Part shown: one piece after another, positions 8,362 through 17,155 of the stretch
How the letters are laid out: each line of letters begins with the position of its first letter
How positions within the stretch are numbered: the stretch's first letter is position 1
Assembly: GCA_040326155.1 (NCBI GenBank)
Contig: JBEQLE010000066.1
Span: 1-24,299, forward strand
From: Leptospirales bacterium
Lineage (GTDB): Bacteria; Spirochaetota; Leptospiria; Turneriellales; JAOUFE01
Direction: 5' to 3'
DNA: 24,299 nucleotides
Translations under genes and position numbers: made by a program
Notes under the pieces: generated by a model
The model's input: the letters and a program-made list of their open reading frames with translations, nothing else
Database searches by the model: none
What the model was told of the DNA's origin: nothing

Positions 8362-8826
8362 ATGATTAAAACTGAATACAAAATCTCTGCTATGCAGGAT
8401 TGGAATATTACCGCAAATTCAATTCTTACACAGACTACCACACCTGCAATTTTTTTACTCACAGGCCACCTGGGTGTCGGTAAAACTACGTTTGTTCAAG
8501 CCGCTGCAAAGCAACTCGAAATTAAAGAGCGTATTCATTCTCCTACTTTTAATATTATGAATGATTACACCGGGCGTTTCCAGGAAAAATCTATTAAAGT
8601 TTTTCATATTGATTGTTACCGAATGACATCTACGGACCCACTTCTTGAACTCGATTTTTTTGACCTGACCGATCTTCCTTTTTTTGCCTTTGTGGAGTGG
8701 CCGGAAAAAACAGGGCAAAACTGGACCGATTGGGGCGTTCCTGTATATACGATCGCCATTACAACCGGCGAAATACCGACTAGGCGAAATGTAACTTTTA
8801 CTACGGGGCAATTTCATGAAGAGTGA
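8362..8826 (+). CDS. tsaE: tRNA threonylcarbamoyladenosine biosynthesis ATPase TsaE
   Basis: Walker A GHLGVGKT, SPTF, HIDCYR and VEWPE motifs; 154 aa; adjacent to tsaB. Confidence 0.93.
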   Translation: MIKTEYKISAMQDWNITANSILTQTTTPAIFLLTGHLGVGKTTFVQAAAKQLEIKERIHSPTFNIMNDYTGRFQEKSIKVFHIDCYRMTSTDPLLELDFFDLTDLPFFAFVEWPEKTGQNWTDWGVPVYTIAITTGEIPTRRNVTFTTGQFHEE

Positions 8827-9505
8827 CAGTGAAAATATCATTGTTCTGGCTGATACCTCCACTCAGTATCTTTGTCTTACTAAAGCGAAAATCGGTCGCG
8901 ATGGTTTTTCAGATGCCAGTACGACAATGACGATTCCCGATAAACAAATAACAGACTGGTTTTCAAACGAATTCATGAATTTTATACAACCCGAAGGTAA
9001 AAGTAAAATCGGCGCTCTTGCCATCGGGAAAGGGCCTGGTTCCTTTACCGGCCTACGAATATCCTTTTCTTATCTGCGTACTTTTGCCATGTTTTCAAAA
9101 GTTCCTTTAATCAGTTTTTCTTCAGGTCGACTCTGGCAAAAATCGCTTTGCCGGAAAAACGAGCTGTTACTGACCCGATTAAATAAAGACCTCTACTCAG
9201 GATATTTGCCGGGGGTCCATTTTAAAGCTGCAATGTCTGTTGACAACTGGCAGGAATATCTAAAAGTAAACCCCGAGCTAAAAGCGGCTATCTGGGACAA
9301 AGCGATGCATACCCGCAACCATACCAGCTCACATACGGTATGGCCGGACCAGACTCGCATGGTCTCAGAACCCGAGGTTCCCAACGAGCTGCCCCTGTCC
9401 TTTAAAGAGATGGAGCATGCAAACACCGCCACCGTTTTTGATGCCTTACCAGATTATGGACATGATATTATATTAAATAAAAGCGAAAAAAAGAGTGCAA
9501 TGTAA
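8816..9505 (+). CDS. tsaB: tRNA threonylcarbamoyladenosine biosynthesis protein TsaB (divergent C-terminal half)
   Basis: IVLADTST start and GKGPGSFTGLRI signature; overlaps tsaE by 11 nt. Confidence 0.85.
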   Translation: MKSDSENIIVLADTSTQYLCLTKAKIGRDGFSDASTTMTIPDKQITDWFSNEFMNFIQPEGKSKIGALAIGKGPGSFTGLRISFSYLRTFAMFSKVPLISFSSGRLWQKSLCRKNELLLTRLNKDLYSGYLPGVHFKAAMSVDNWQEYLKVNPELKAAIWDKAMHTRNHTSSHTVWPDQTRMVSEPEVPNELPLSFKEMEHANTATVFDALPDYGHDIILNKSEKKSAM

Positions 9506-9544
9506 ATTACCAGTATATTAACTATATTAAAGAGAGAAAACAAC

Positions 9545-11731
9545 ATGAAAGAAACATTCCAGAATATCCTTTATAAACTAAAAAGAACAAAAGGTTCAAA
9601 AATACCGATTTCCGTGCTTACTTCCAGAAAACCGGAAAACACAGGCGAAGATAAGTCTCGCAACCAAAGAAAAGGTCCTTCGGCTCAATCGAGGGACCAG
9701 TCAAAACAGCAATCGGGAGATACTGTCTCCCGCATTTTAAGCGACCTTGAAAATTTTGGTCTGTTAAAATCTGATAACAAGCACCTGTTTCCTAAACATC
9801 CATTTCTGATCGAAGCCCGGCTCTCCGTCGCCCCTTCGGGTGTATCTTTTGCCGCCGGCGCATATGACACTGACATCGTTGTTCCCCGCCAAAAACGCAG
9901 GGGTGCCCTGCACAGAGACAAAGTCTGGGTTGAACTGACGGGTTTTTCACGCGGACGCTACGAAGGACGAGTTGCCTCTATTATCGAGCCATTTTCAACC
10001 CGTTTTCTGGCTAAAATTAAAAAACCGATGAAAGAAGGCTATTTAATTGTTTTAAATGACTTACCCGACTCCCCTTTTGGATTATTAGCCACAGAAAGGG
10101 AATTTTCTTCCGACGATTATGTTATTGTCGAAGAATCCGGTGAAACCAGAGACATACCCGTACCCGCAAACTCTTTTCAGAAGAAAAGAGGCAAAGGTGA
10201 TTCTTTTTATCAGGAAGTAACCGTTTTTGAATACCTGGAAACACTCGTTCCGGGTACGCTTGCTTCTGACACAAAAAGAGTAGCGCTCCGGTTTAACATA
10301 CCTATTGATTATGATGAATCTCTGATTCCTAAAAAACGAGAGCTGAAAAAACTCGCAAAAACCGGTAAAAAACAGGAAGGTCGAAAAGATTTAACCAAGC
10401 TATTTACCTGCACCATTGACGGCGCCGACTCGAAAGATTTTGACGACGCGATTTCGCTTGTTGAAAAAGATGGAGTTCGAACGCTCTATGTTCATATCGC
10501 CGATGTTTCCCATTTCATCGAACCAGGTTCGCCACTCGATACCGAAGCCATTAAACGCGGAAATTCATATTACCTTGGTCACTCCGTATTTCCCATGTTG
10601 CCACCCATAGTATCGGAAGAATTTTGCAGCCTGAACCCAAAAACCAAAAGGCTGGCATTTACAGCTGAAATGCGATATGATGAAAATGCTAAACTTATTG
10701 GATATGAAATATACAAATCGTTTATTCAAATGAATAAACGCTATACATATGAAATGGCTGAAAGCGAACTCGACAACAAGAAATCGCCAATAAGCGCGAT
10801 CTGGAAGTTGGCTAAACAACTCAATACTCTACGGGTCAAAGACGGCAAGGTTGAACTGAATATTAAAGAGACCAAAATTGTGTCTGATGCCCATGGTCGT
10901 ATTAAAGCGATGGATGAAAAAGTAAAACTTTTATCTTATAAACTCATCGAGGAGTGTATGTTAAGCGCCAACACTTGTACGGCTCACTTCATGCGTAAAC
11001 GAAAAATTCCAGGCATTTACCGGGTCCACGATCCGCTGCCAAAAGATAATATAAAACGTTTAAACGATTTTCTCGAACTTTATGGTTTTAAGACAAGATT
11101 GAAAGACGGCGGGCAAAGTGAAATTTTGCGCGTGTTGACCAAACTCGAAGCCACACCTTATGGGGACGTGTTCCAGAATCTGCTTTTACGAAGTTTTTCA
11201 CAAGCGATATATTCTGTCAAGAAGGGTGGCCATTGGGGACTTGGCTTTGAAGATTACACGCACTTTACTTCACCAATTCGTCGCTACAGCGACCTGATCG
11301 TTCACCGACAGATTGCCGCCGCGATTTCGGGAAAAACTCCCTCTTACTCTACAAATGAGGCCGAACACATAGCACGAGAAACCAGTCGCCTGGAACGAAT
11401 TGCTATGGAGGCCGAAAAGGCAACTTTACGTTTGCTCTCTATTCGCTACATGCAAGACAGGGTTGGCGATAAGTTTTCTGCCAGATTTTCAGGATACAAC
11501 AGCAATGGAATTTTTATCGCCCTAGATGATCCGAAAATGGACGGTTTTATTGCCTATTCGGACATGCGAGGAAAAGAGCCCGTACCCATCGACGACTTCC
11601 GGGTCTCGATACCCCGTTTTGGAAAAACAATTTCCCTTGGGCAAAAACTATTCGTCCGCCTGCGAAAAGCCGACTGGGAAAATTTAGCCCTGATGTTCGA
11701 ACTCCTCTCGATCGGAAAACTCGGCTCTTGA
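9545..11731 (+). CDS. rnr: Ribonuclease R / RNase II family exoribonuclease
   Basis: TIDGADSKDFDDAIS catalytic motif, VHIADVSHF, IEECMLSAN, YTHFTSPIRRYSDL; cold-shock-like N-terminal and S1-like C-terminal regions. Confidence 0.9.
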   Translation: MKETFQNILYKLKRTKGSKIPISVLTSRKPENTGEDKSRNQRKGPSAQSRDQSKQQSGDTVSRILSDLENFGLLKSDNKHLFPKHPFLIEARLSVAPSGVSFAAGAYDTDIVVPRQKRRGALHRDKVWVELTGFSRGRYEGRVASIIEPFSTRFLAKIKKPMKEGYLIVLNDLPDSPFGLLATEREFSSDDYVIVEESGETRDIPVPANSFQKKRGKGDSFYQEVTVFEYLETLVPGTLASDTKRVALRFNIPIDYDESLIPKKRELKKLAKTGKKQEGRKDLTKLFTCTIDGADSKDFDDAISLVEKDGVRTLYVHIADVSHFIEPGSPLDTEAIKRGNSYYLGHSVFPMLPPIVSEEFCSLNPKTKRLAFTAEMRYDENAKLIGYEIYKSFIQMNKRYTYEMAESELDNKKSPISAIWKLAKQLNTLRVKDGKVELNIKETKIVSDAHGRIKAMDEKVKLLSYKLIEECMLSANTCTAHFMRKRKIPGIYRVHDPLPKDNIKRLNDFLELYGFKTRLKDGGQSEILRVLTKLEATPYGDVFQNLLLRSFSQAIYSVKKGGHWGLGFEDYTHFTSPIRRYSDLIVHRQIAAAISGKTPSYSTNEAEHIARETSRLERIAMEAEKATLRLLSIRYMQDRVGDKFSARFSGYNSNGIFIALDDPKMDGFIAYSDMRGKEPVPIDDFRVSIPRFGKTISLGQKLFVRLRKADWENLALMFELLSIGKLGS

Positions 11732-11762
11732 TAAAAAAACTATAAAGAAAGAGTTACTATAA

Positions 11763-11862
11763 GGAAGGCAGGAAATACAGGAAAACAAAAAAGAGATTTT
11801 GACAGGATTGACCGGTTAATCCTGTCTATTCCTCTTTCTCCTTCCTGCCGTTCCTGCTTTCC
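11763..11862. repeat. Long nested imperfect inverted repeat (~100-bp hairpin)
   Basis: GGAAGGCAGGAA (11763-11774) pairs with TTCCTGCTTTCC (11851-11862). AGGAA/TTCCT and AAAGAG/CTCTTT pair internally. The core GACAGGATTGACCGGTTAATCCTGTC (11801-11826) is a near-perfect palindrome. Confidence 0.85.
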
Positions 11863-11947
11863 ATATCAATCTTTCATCTTTAGAAAATAATTGTAGTTTC
11901 TCCTTGACGTAATATCATAAGAGTTTTAAACAAACTCAAAGGCAATT

Positions 11948-13720
11948 ATGGGATTTTTTTCAAAAATAAATAAAGCGGTATTAGGCAATAAAATTAATAA
12001 TGTTCGTGTCGTACCTGTCGCAACAAAAATTATTATTACATTTACAATTATTATTTTAGTTTCAAACTTTACTTCGAACTACATCAATGTGATGTCCAAT
12101 CGAGTGGAACTTGTAAACCTGATGCGGACTGTATTAGAAAAAGATATGAAAGACATGTATCTTTTTGCTAACACCCAACATGAAATTTATAAAATAAACG
12201 GTGATCGATCCGGTTCACTTGAAAAAATTGAAGATAAAGGAAACTCAGAATTAGAGAAGGATAAATCTATTGTTCTGGGTGTTCAACCAGAAGGGAAAGT
12301 ACTTTTTCAGGCTTCGAAAATTAAACGATATGAAAACTTTACAGATACCGAACAACTCAATGATTTAAACGAACAACTTGCCGAATTTAAAAGTCAAAAA
12401 CAAATAGCGGAAGATAGCGGACAAAACAGCACCATTTCGACTCCGTCGGGCTTTATATCAATGCATTTTAACGATGAAGAGTATTTTGCAGCTTATAAAT
12501 ACAACGAAAAATGGGATGTCTTTTTAATCCGTGGTGAAGAAGTAAATCAGTTTTACGAGAATTCCCGTAGCATCTTTCAAACCATCAGTATTATTATTAT
12601 TTTAATTACCTTTGCAAGTTCCGTAATCGGCGTTTTCCTGCTGCGTAGCATCCTGCGTTTAATCGGGGTTATTACGACAAACATTATGCGAATGGTTGAG
12701 TCGCAAAACCTCGATTTAATTGATATGAAAGGAGCAACCAACGACGATGTCTCGTATCTTGGTTATGCTTTTAACACGTTATCGAGTACGGTAAATAACC
12801 TTGTAACAATTTTCCGTAAATTTGCGAACCGGGATGTGGTAATTAAAGCTTACCGCGATAAAGAGGTAAAACTCGAAGGGGTTCAAAAAGAACTTACTAT
12901 TGTATTTTCTGATATTAAAAGCTTTACATTTATTACAGAAACCCTGGGAACCGATATTATTAAACTTTTAAACCTTCACTACGATAACGCAATTCGGTCC
13001 ATCGTTGAACACGACGGTGTAATCGGAGCAATTATCGGAGACGCTCTTCTAGCCGTTTATGGCGCTATGGAAGAACTGGAAGGGTCCGCCCAGAACAAAA
13101 GTCTGCAAGCGGTTAAAAGCTCGTATAAGATTCAAGAACTCGCGAAAGCACTGCGTGATTCAATGGTTGCCAAGAAAGATCAGCTGATTAAAAAGAAGAA
13201 AAAACTTTCACGGACGGAAGAAAAAGTCTATAAAGCGGTTCTAATTGAAGTTGGTGTTGGTATTGATGGCGGAGAAGTCTTTTACGGGACAATCGGCTCT
13301 TATGTTCGAATGACAAATACTGTAATCGGTGATAACGTGAACGCAGCGTCTCGACTTGAAGGACTTACTCGTATTTATCATCTACCTGTCATTTGTTCCG
13401 AATATGTTAAAAACGATATTGAAAGAAATGTGGACGGAGTTCCCATAATTTTTATGGAAATTGATACTGTCCAGGTAAAAGGAAAAACTATTGGAAAGAA
13501 GGTTTTCTGGCCTATCCAGGAAGAGCATTATACGCCAAAAGTGAAAAAGGAAGTCGCAATTTTTGAAGATGCTTTACAGCACTATTATTCTGGAAAGTGG
13601 CAAAAAGCGAATCCTTTATTTAAAAAATGTAAACTTGCCGTCGCAAAAGAATTTGCGATGAGAACCAGCGGGAAAAGCCCGAAAAATTGGAACGGTATAT
13701 GGGAGATGAAGACAAAATAA
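11948..13720 (+). CDS. Membrane-bound class III adenylate/guanylate cyclase (2 TM, periplasmic sensor, HAMP-like linker)
   Basis: Metal Asps in FSDIKSFT (D322) and IIGDA (D365); VGVGIDGG; TVIGDNVNAASRLEG (T458, N465, R469); VQVKGK. Two hydrophobic segments flank a ~160-aa loop. Confidence 0.9.
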   Translation: MGFFSKINKAVLGNKINNVRVVPVATKIIITFTIIILVSNFTSNYINVMSNRVELVNLMRTVLEKDMKDMYLFANTQHEIYKINGDRSGSLEKIEDKGNSELEKDKSIVLGVQPEGKVLFQASKIKRYENFTDTEQLNDLNEQLAEFKSQKQIAEDSGQNSTISTPSGFISMHFNDEEYFAAYKYNEKWDVFLIRGEEVNQFYENSRSIFQTISIIIILITFASSVIGVFLLRSILRLIGVITTNIMRMVESQNLDLIDMKGATNDDVSYLGYAFNTLSSTVNNLVTIFRKFANRDVVIKAYRDKEVKLEGVQKELTIVFSDIKSFTFITETLGTDIIKLLNLHYDNAIRSIVEHDGVIGAIIGDALLAVYGAMEELEGSAQNKSLQAVKSSYKIQELAKALRDSMVAKKDQLIKKKKKLSRTEEKVYKAVLIEVGVGIDGGEVFYGTIGSYVRMTNTVIGDNVNAASRLEGLTRIYHLPVICSEYVKNDIERNVDGVPIIFMEIDTVQVKGKTIGKKVFWPIQEEHYTPKVKKEVAIFEDALQHYYSGKWQKANPLFKKCKLAVAKEFAMRTSGKSPKNWNGIWEMKTK

Positions 13721-15057
13721 AAGATCTGGTTCCGCTTGCGAAGGCGGAATTTCTACCCGAAGAAGTTCGAGACACAGAGCCGGGACCACCCGACTACTCG
13801 CTCGAACACGAGTTTGCCAAGGCAAAGTCGAACAAAAGCCTTACGTTTTACTTCGTATTGCTTCTTTTTATAGGTGGCCTAATCGGGGGAACGATTTTTT
13901 ATACCCAACACCTGGAAAGTGGTATTGCGAAAGAGCAAATTAGTTTTGCAGAATTTACACCCGATCTTAAAGCGGCTCTTTCTACGGACAACGAAGAAAA
14001 AAAGCTCAATGAAGCTAAAAATGAACTTGAAACAGTTCTAAAACAACAAGATGCAAAAATCAAGCAAATTGAATTAGATTACTCGGAAAAAATTGGCGGT
14101 GTAAGAAGCCAGAATATTTCTGAATCGGAAAAAACAGAATTAATAAAAAATCTAAAATTGGAGCAGGTTAAAGAGGTTACAAAAGTTGAATCTGATTATG
14201 CTTCTGAAATTACGAGCAAAAAAGAAAATGTAGTTCAACGTCAAACACTGCTGCAAAATAAAAAAGATGCTCGGGCGGCGAAAATAAATAAAGCCGAAAC
14301 CATGATCACTAACTATAAAGAGCTTCAAAAAATGCAACTTGAAAAGCTAGAAGCGCAAATTACTCTCAGATATAACCCTGTCTACTCCAGCTCTGCTTTA
14401 CAAAAGATCTTACGAAAATCGGGACGGCGTAGAGAAAAAGCGCCGGTTTTTCTACCCTATGAAGAACGTCTTTATACAGCTGGACTCTTAAACAAAACCG
14501 AACATGAGGCAGTACGTAAAAAGATCGAAGAGTACGAAAAGTTAGTTGAAAGAATGCAAAAAATTCCGTATACCAACAGTGTTCGTCCTTCCGTTGACAT
14601 ATTACAAGATTCTGCCTACTTCATTATCACGAAATACGAAGAGTTGGTCAATCGCCTTACTGGCCGGGTAACCTACCAGAGTGAGATGATACGAAAATAT
14701 CGAAATGCATTCCTTCATTATGCAGAAACCTCCCCCGATAGTGGAGTGGTAGTCAGTGCATCAAATAAAAAGAGCGTGCTTGTATCGATGAAACCTATGC
14801 TTGCAATAAACAATGGCGACGAAGCTTTTATCTTTCGGACCGAAGACGATTTAATTGGTACTATTGTTTTTTCGGTAGAAAACAATACCGTAAAAGCGTC
14901 CGTTAAGGAATTGCTCCCGGGACGATCTATTCAACCATTCGATAAAATATTCTTAAAACGAGCCAAAATAGGCGGAAGTGAAGGCGAAAGTACAAACGGT
15001 GATGAAACATCGACCGATACGGACAACACAACCACAAACGGCGAGGAACAACCATGA
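13699..15057 (+). CDS. Single-pass membrane protein with a long coiled coil and a C-terminal beta domain; function unknown
   Basis: TM FYFVLLLFIGGLIGGTIFY, K/E/Q-rich helical region, acidic Thr-rich tail. ATG 13699 (in frame with TTG 13687) overlaps the end of the cyclase. Confidence 0.75.
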   Translation: MGDEDKIKDLVPLAKAEFLPEEVRDTEPGPPDYSLEHEFAKAKSNKSLTFYFVLLLFIGGLIGGTIFYTQHLESGIAKEQISFAEFTPDLKAALSTDNEEKKLNEAKNELETVLKQQDAKIKQIELDYSEKIGGVRSQNISESEKTELIKNLKLEQVKEVTKVESDYASEITSKKENVVQRQTLLQNKKDARAAKINKAETMITNYKELQKMQLEKLEAQITLRYNPVYSSSALQKILRKSGRRREKAPVFLPYEERLYTAGLLNKTEHEAVRKKIEEYEKLVERMQKIPYTNSVRPSVDILQDSAYFIITKYEELVNRLTGRVTYQSEMIRKYRNAFLHYAETSPDSGVVVSASNKKSVLVSMKPMLAINNGDEAFIFRTEDDLIGTIVFSVENNTVKASVKELLPGRSIQPFDKIFLKRAKIGGSEGESTNGDETSTDTDNTTTNGEEQP

Positions 15058-15812
15058 AAAAAATCTTTATAACACTGACTTTACTACTGTTTTCATCATC
15101 CATTTTTGCTGTAAACTGGGAAAATCACGGTTTTACCGTCGACAAAATCGTTGACAAAGGGGAGAAAAAAACAGCAACCCTGAACGATTCAGATTCGAAT
15201 CAAATAACGGTTACCTATGATACCGAGCCCAGCGAGGCTAACGCAAAAATAATAAAGAAGCTCAATACGAAATTGCGTAGTTGGGGCAATATGAAAGTAG
15301 GAGAACTACACTTTTCTATCCACAACGGTACGATTGAAATATTGGTCAACCCCTCTGAATTCACCTATAAAAAGGTGAATTACCTCGAATATCTCTCCGC
15401 AGGTATTTACTTCAGCTTTACAGATGATCTATATTATAACTTTCGAATTGCAGTAGATCGAGTTTTTGTAGTCATTAAAGGAACGTTTACGGACGAAGCC
15501 ACATTTAACGATAAAGTATTCGCAGCTATTGAAGACCCTCGTGGTTACATGAAACGACGTGACCCTGAATATTTGCTGGAACAAATTGAATCACTCGAAG
15601 CTGACCAATATCGAACAAAAATGGCCCTTATTGCGACAATCAGAAGAAAACCAATGAATCCGAGTAAGGTAAATAAGATTGTAAAAATGAAAAAAGAAAA
15701 TCCGAGTTTTACTTCAACAGAAATTGCAGAAGCTTTTAAAGAAAAAGAGATTAAAATTTCTACCAGCGATATAAAAGTAGTTCTATCAGTATTCTTTAAC
15801 GAATTTGAATAA
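15054..15812 (+). CDS. Secreted hypothetical protein
   Basis: Signal peptide MKKIFITLTLLLFSSSIFA; GAGGA Shine-Dalgarno; ATGA overlap with the upstream gene. Confidence 0.75.
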   Translation: MKKIFITLTLLLFSSSIFAVNWENHGFTVDKIVDKGEKKTATLNDSDSNQITVTYDTEPSEANAKIIKKLNTKLRSWGNMKVGELHFSIHNGTIEILVNPSEFTYKKVNYLEYLSAGIYFSFTDDLYYNFRIAVDRVFVVIKGTFTDEATFNDKVFAAIEDPRGYMKRRDPEYLLEQIESLEADQYRTKMALIATIRRKPMNPSKVNKIVKMKKENPSFTSTEIAEAFKEKEIKISTSDIKVVLSVFFNEFE

Positions 15813-15884
15813 TGTTAATGAGTTTTCCTTGACTATACGTCACAGTTAACTTTCCTGTCTATATTATATCTTCGGAGGATTATT

Positions 15885-16238
15885 TTGCCTAATATACAGT
15901 CAGCCAAAAAACGGATGCGTCAAAATGAGAAAAGTCGTACCGCTAACCGTCAAAAAAAAGCAGCTATTCGGACTTTTGAGAAAAAAATTCGCAGTTTAAC
16001 CGCTGAAAATAAAATGGAAGAAGCGCAAAAAGCTTTGCGAACCTACTCTTCGCTTATTGATAAAGCTTCAAAAAGAAATATTGTTCACCCGAATAATGCT
16101 TCTAGAAAAATATCGAGATTGGCAAGACTGTTTAGACCTTCAACAGCAACTCCCTCTGAAGCAGTTGCTCAACCGGAAGTTGTCGCTGAAACGGTAACTC
16201 AAGAACCTGCAGAGACTACCGAAACTACAACTGAATAA
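15885..16238 (+). CDS. rpsT: 30S ribosomal protein S20 (bS20) with an acidic C-terminal extension
   Basis: MPNIQSAKKRMRQ and IDKASKRNIVHPNNASRKISRL signatures; GGAGG at 15874-15878 before the TTG start. Confidence 0.95.
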   Translation: MPNIQSAKKRMRQNEKSRTANRQKKAAIRTFEKKIRSLTAENKMEEAQKALRTYSSLIDKASKRNIVHPNNASRKISRLARLFRPSTATPSEAVAQPEVVAETVTQEPAETTETTTE

Positions 16239-16244
16239 CAATTC

Positions 16245-16318
16245 GGGCGATTAGCTCAGTTGGTTAGAGCACCTGCCTTACAAGCAGGGGGTCACAAGTT
16301 CGAATCTTGTATCGCCCA
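16245..16318 (+). tRNA. tRNA-Val (anticodon TAC), CCA not encoded
   Basis: Acceptor stem GGGCGAT/ATCGCCC plus discriminator A; D arm GCTC-AGTTGGTTA-GAGC; anticodon arm CCTGC-CTTACAA-GCAGG; T arm ACAAG-TTCGAAT-CTTGT. Confidence 0.97.
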
Positions 16319-16319
16319 A

Positions 16320-17141
16320 TCACCCGCCATAGACTATTTTTTCCTGATGTCGCTTGGGAACTTTTTCAGATAAAATCTTTTGGATATACTCTTTATCATA
16401 TCTTCTGGAGAGATGGACTAAGACTATTTTTTCATTTTCAAGCTCATCGGCCAGATTTAGTATTTCGTCTAAATGAGTATGGCCCCAGCGACGGGCTCTT
16501 TCCACCGGTCGTTTTTCATCGATATAGGTACATTCCATAAATAAGACCCTCGCCCTTTTTACATCTGGGTGTTGGGTTAAAAACTCAACGGTGGTATCTC
16601 CGGAATAAACAAAAAGCGGTCTATTTTCGAGTGTTACAACTTCTTTGCCTTCGTCTTTTAACTTTTTAATAGCCGGCCCCGGAAGACCCTTGTATTCGGG
16701 TTTCAACTTTTTTGTCTGTTTGTATAAAATATAACCGTTTGCTGAAATTCTATGATAGGCTTCCAGAGCGAGAATAGAGTACCCATTACCAACTGAAATA
16801 CGTTTTCCCGGTTGGTGCGCTATAATATTGATCTTGTAACCAAAACCCTCAATTTTCTGCCACTGCCGACAAATATTCTTTAAAGGCCGGACTACATTTT
16901 TGGGTACATATACGGTTCCAGGGTCAAGCCCCTTTAAAGAACGTTGACTAAAATAATATGCAATACCGGCTGCGTGGTCTAAGTGGCCGTGACTTAAAAA
17001 TACATTGGGAATATCTACCAGCTCAAAAGGACCGCGCCCCATATCGAAAGCGATTTTTTGTTCCGGTAAAATATAGCACGACTCAACCCCACCGGCACTT
17101 ACATACCGAACTGTAACGTCTTTATGTTGAAAAAACCTCAT
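16320..17141 (-). CDS. rnz: Metallo-beta-lactamase-fold ribonuclease, short TM-type RNase Z-like
   Basis: SHGHLDH metal motif, FDMG, KLKPEYKGLPG flexible arm of the Thermotoga/plant type, YSGDT, ECTY, GHTH, HLSRRY. Confidence 0.75.
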   Translation of the reverse strand: MRFFQHKDVTVRYVSAGGVESCYILPEQKIAFDMGRGPFELVDIPNVFLSHGHLDHAAGIAYYFSQRSLKGLDPGTVYVPKNVVRPLKNICRQWQKIEGFGYKINIIAHQPGKRISVGNGYSILALEAYHRISANGYILYKQTKKLKPEYKGLPGPAIKKLKDEGKEVVTLENRPLFVYSGDTTVEFLTQHPDVKRARVLFMECTYIDEKRPVERARRWGHTHLDEILNLADELENEKIVLVHLSRRYDKEYIQKILSEKVPKRHQEKIVYGG

Positions 17142-17155
17142 TGGAAAGAACCCAT

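Noticed and set aside
8455..8862. 135-aa minus-strand ORF, and the other 60-140-aa ORFs nested in or antisense to annotated genes
   Set aside because: They lie on top of well-supported genes such as tsaE, dcm, rnr, panB and the methyltransferases, and show no motifs or translation signals.
11904..11932. TTGACGTAA seen upstream of the cyclase and again at 24167 as a shared regulator site or promoter
   Set aside because: Probably just -35-like hexamers. Neither has a convincing -10 at proper spacing, and two 9-mers are not enough evidence.
11948..13720. Pycsar/CBASS-type defence cyclase
   Set aside because: It has a receptor-type 2-TM/HAMP architecture in a housekeeping neighbourhood and no adjacent cyclic-nucleotide-binding effector.
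16245..16318. tRNA-Val as an integration site (attL/attR)
   Set aside because: No integrase and no duplicated tRNA 3' end were seen in the window, and the flanking genes are housekeeping.
16307..16540. 77-aa plus-strand ORF after the tRNA
   Set aside because: It starts inside the tRNA and is antisense to the RNase Z-like gene.
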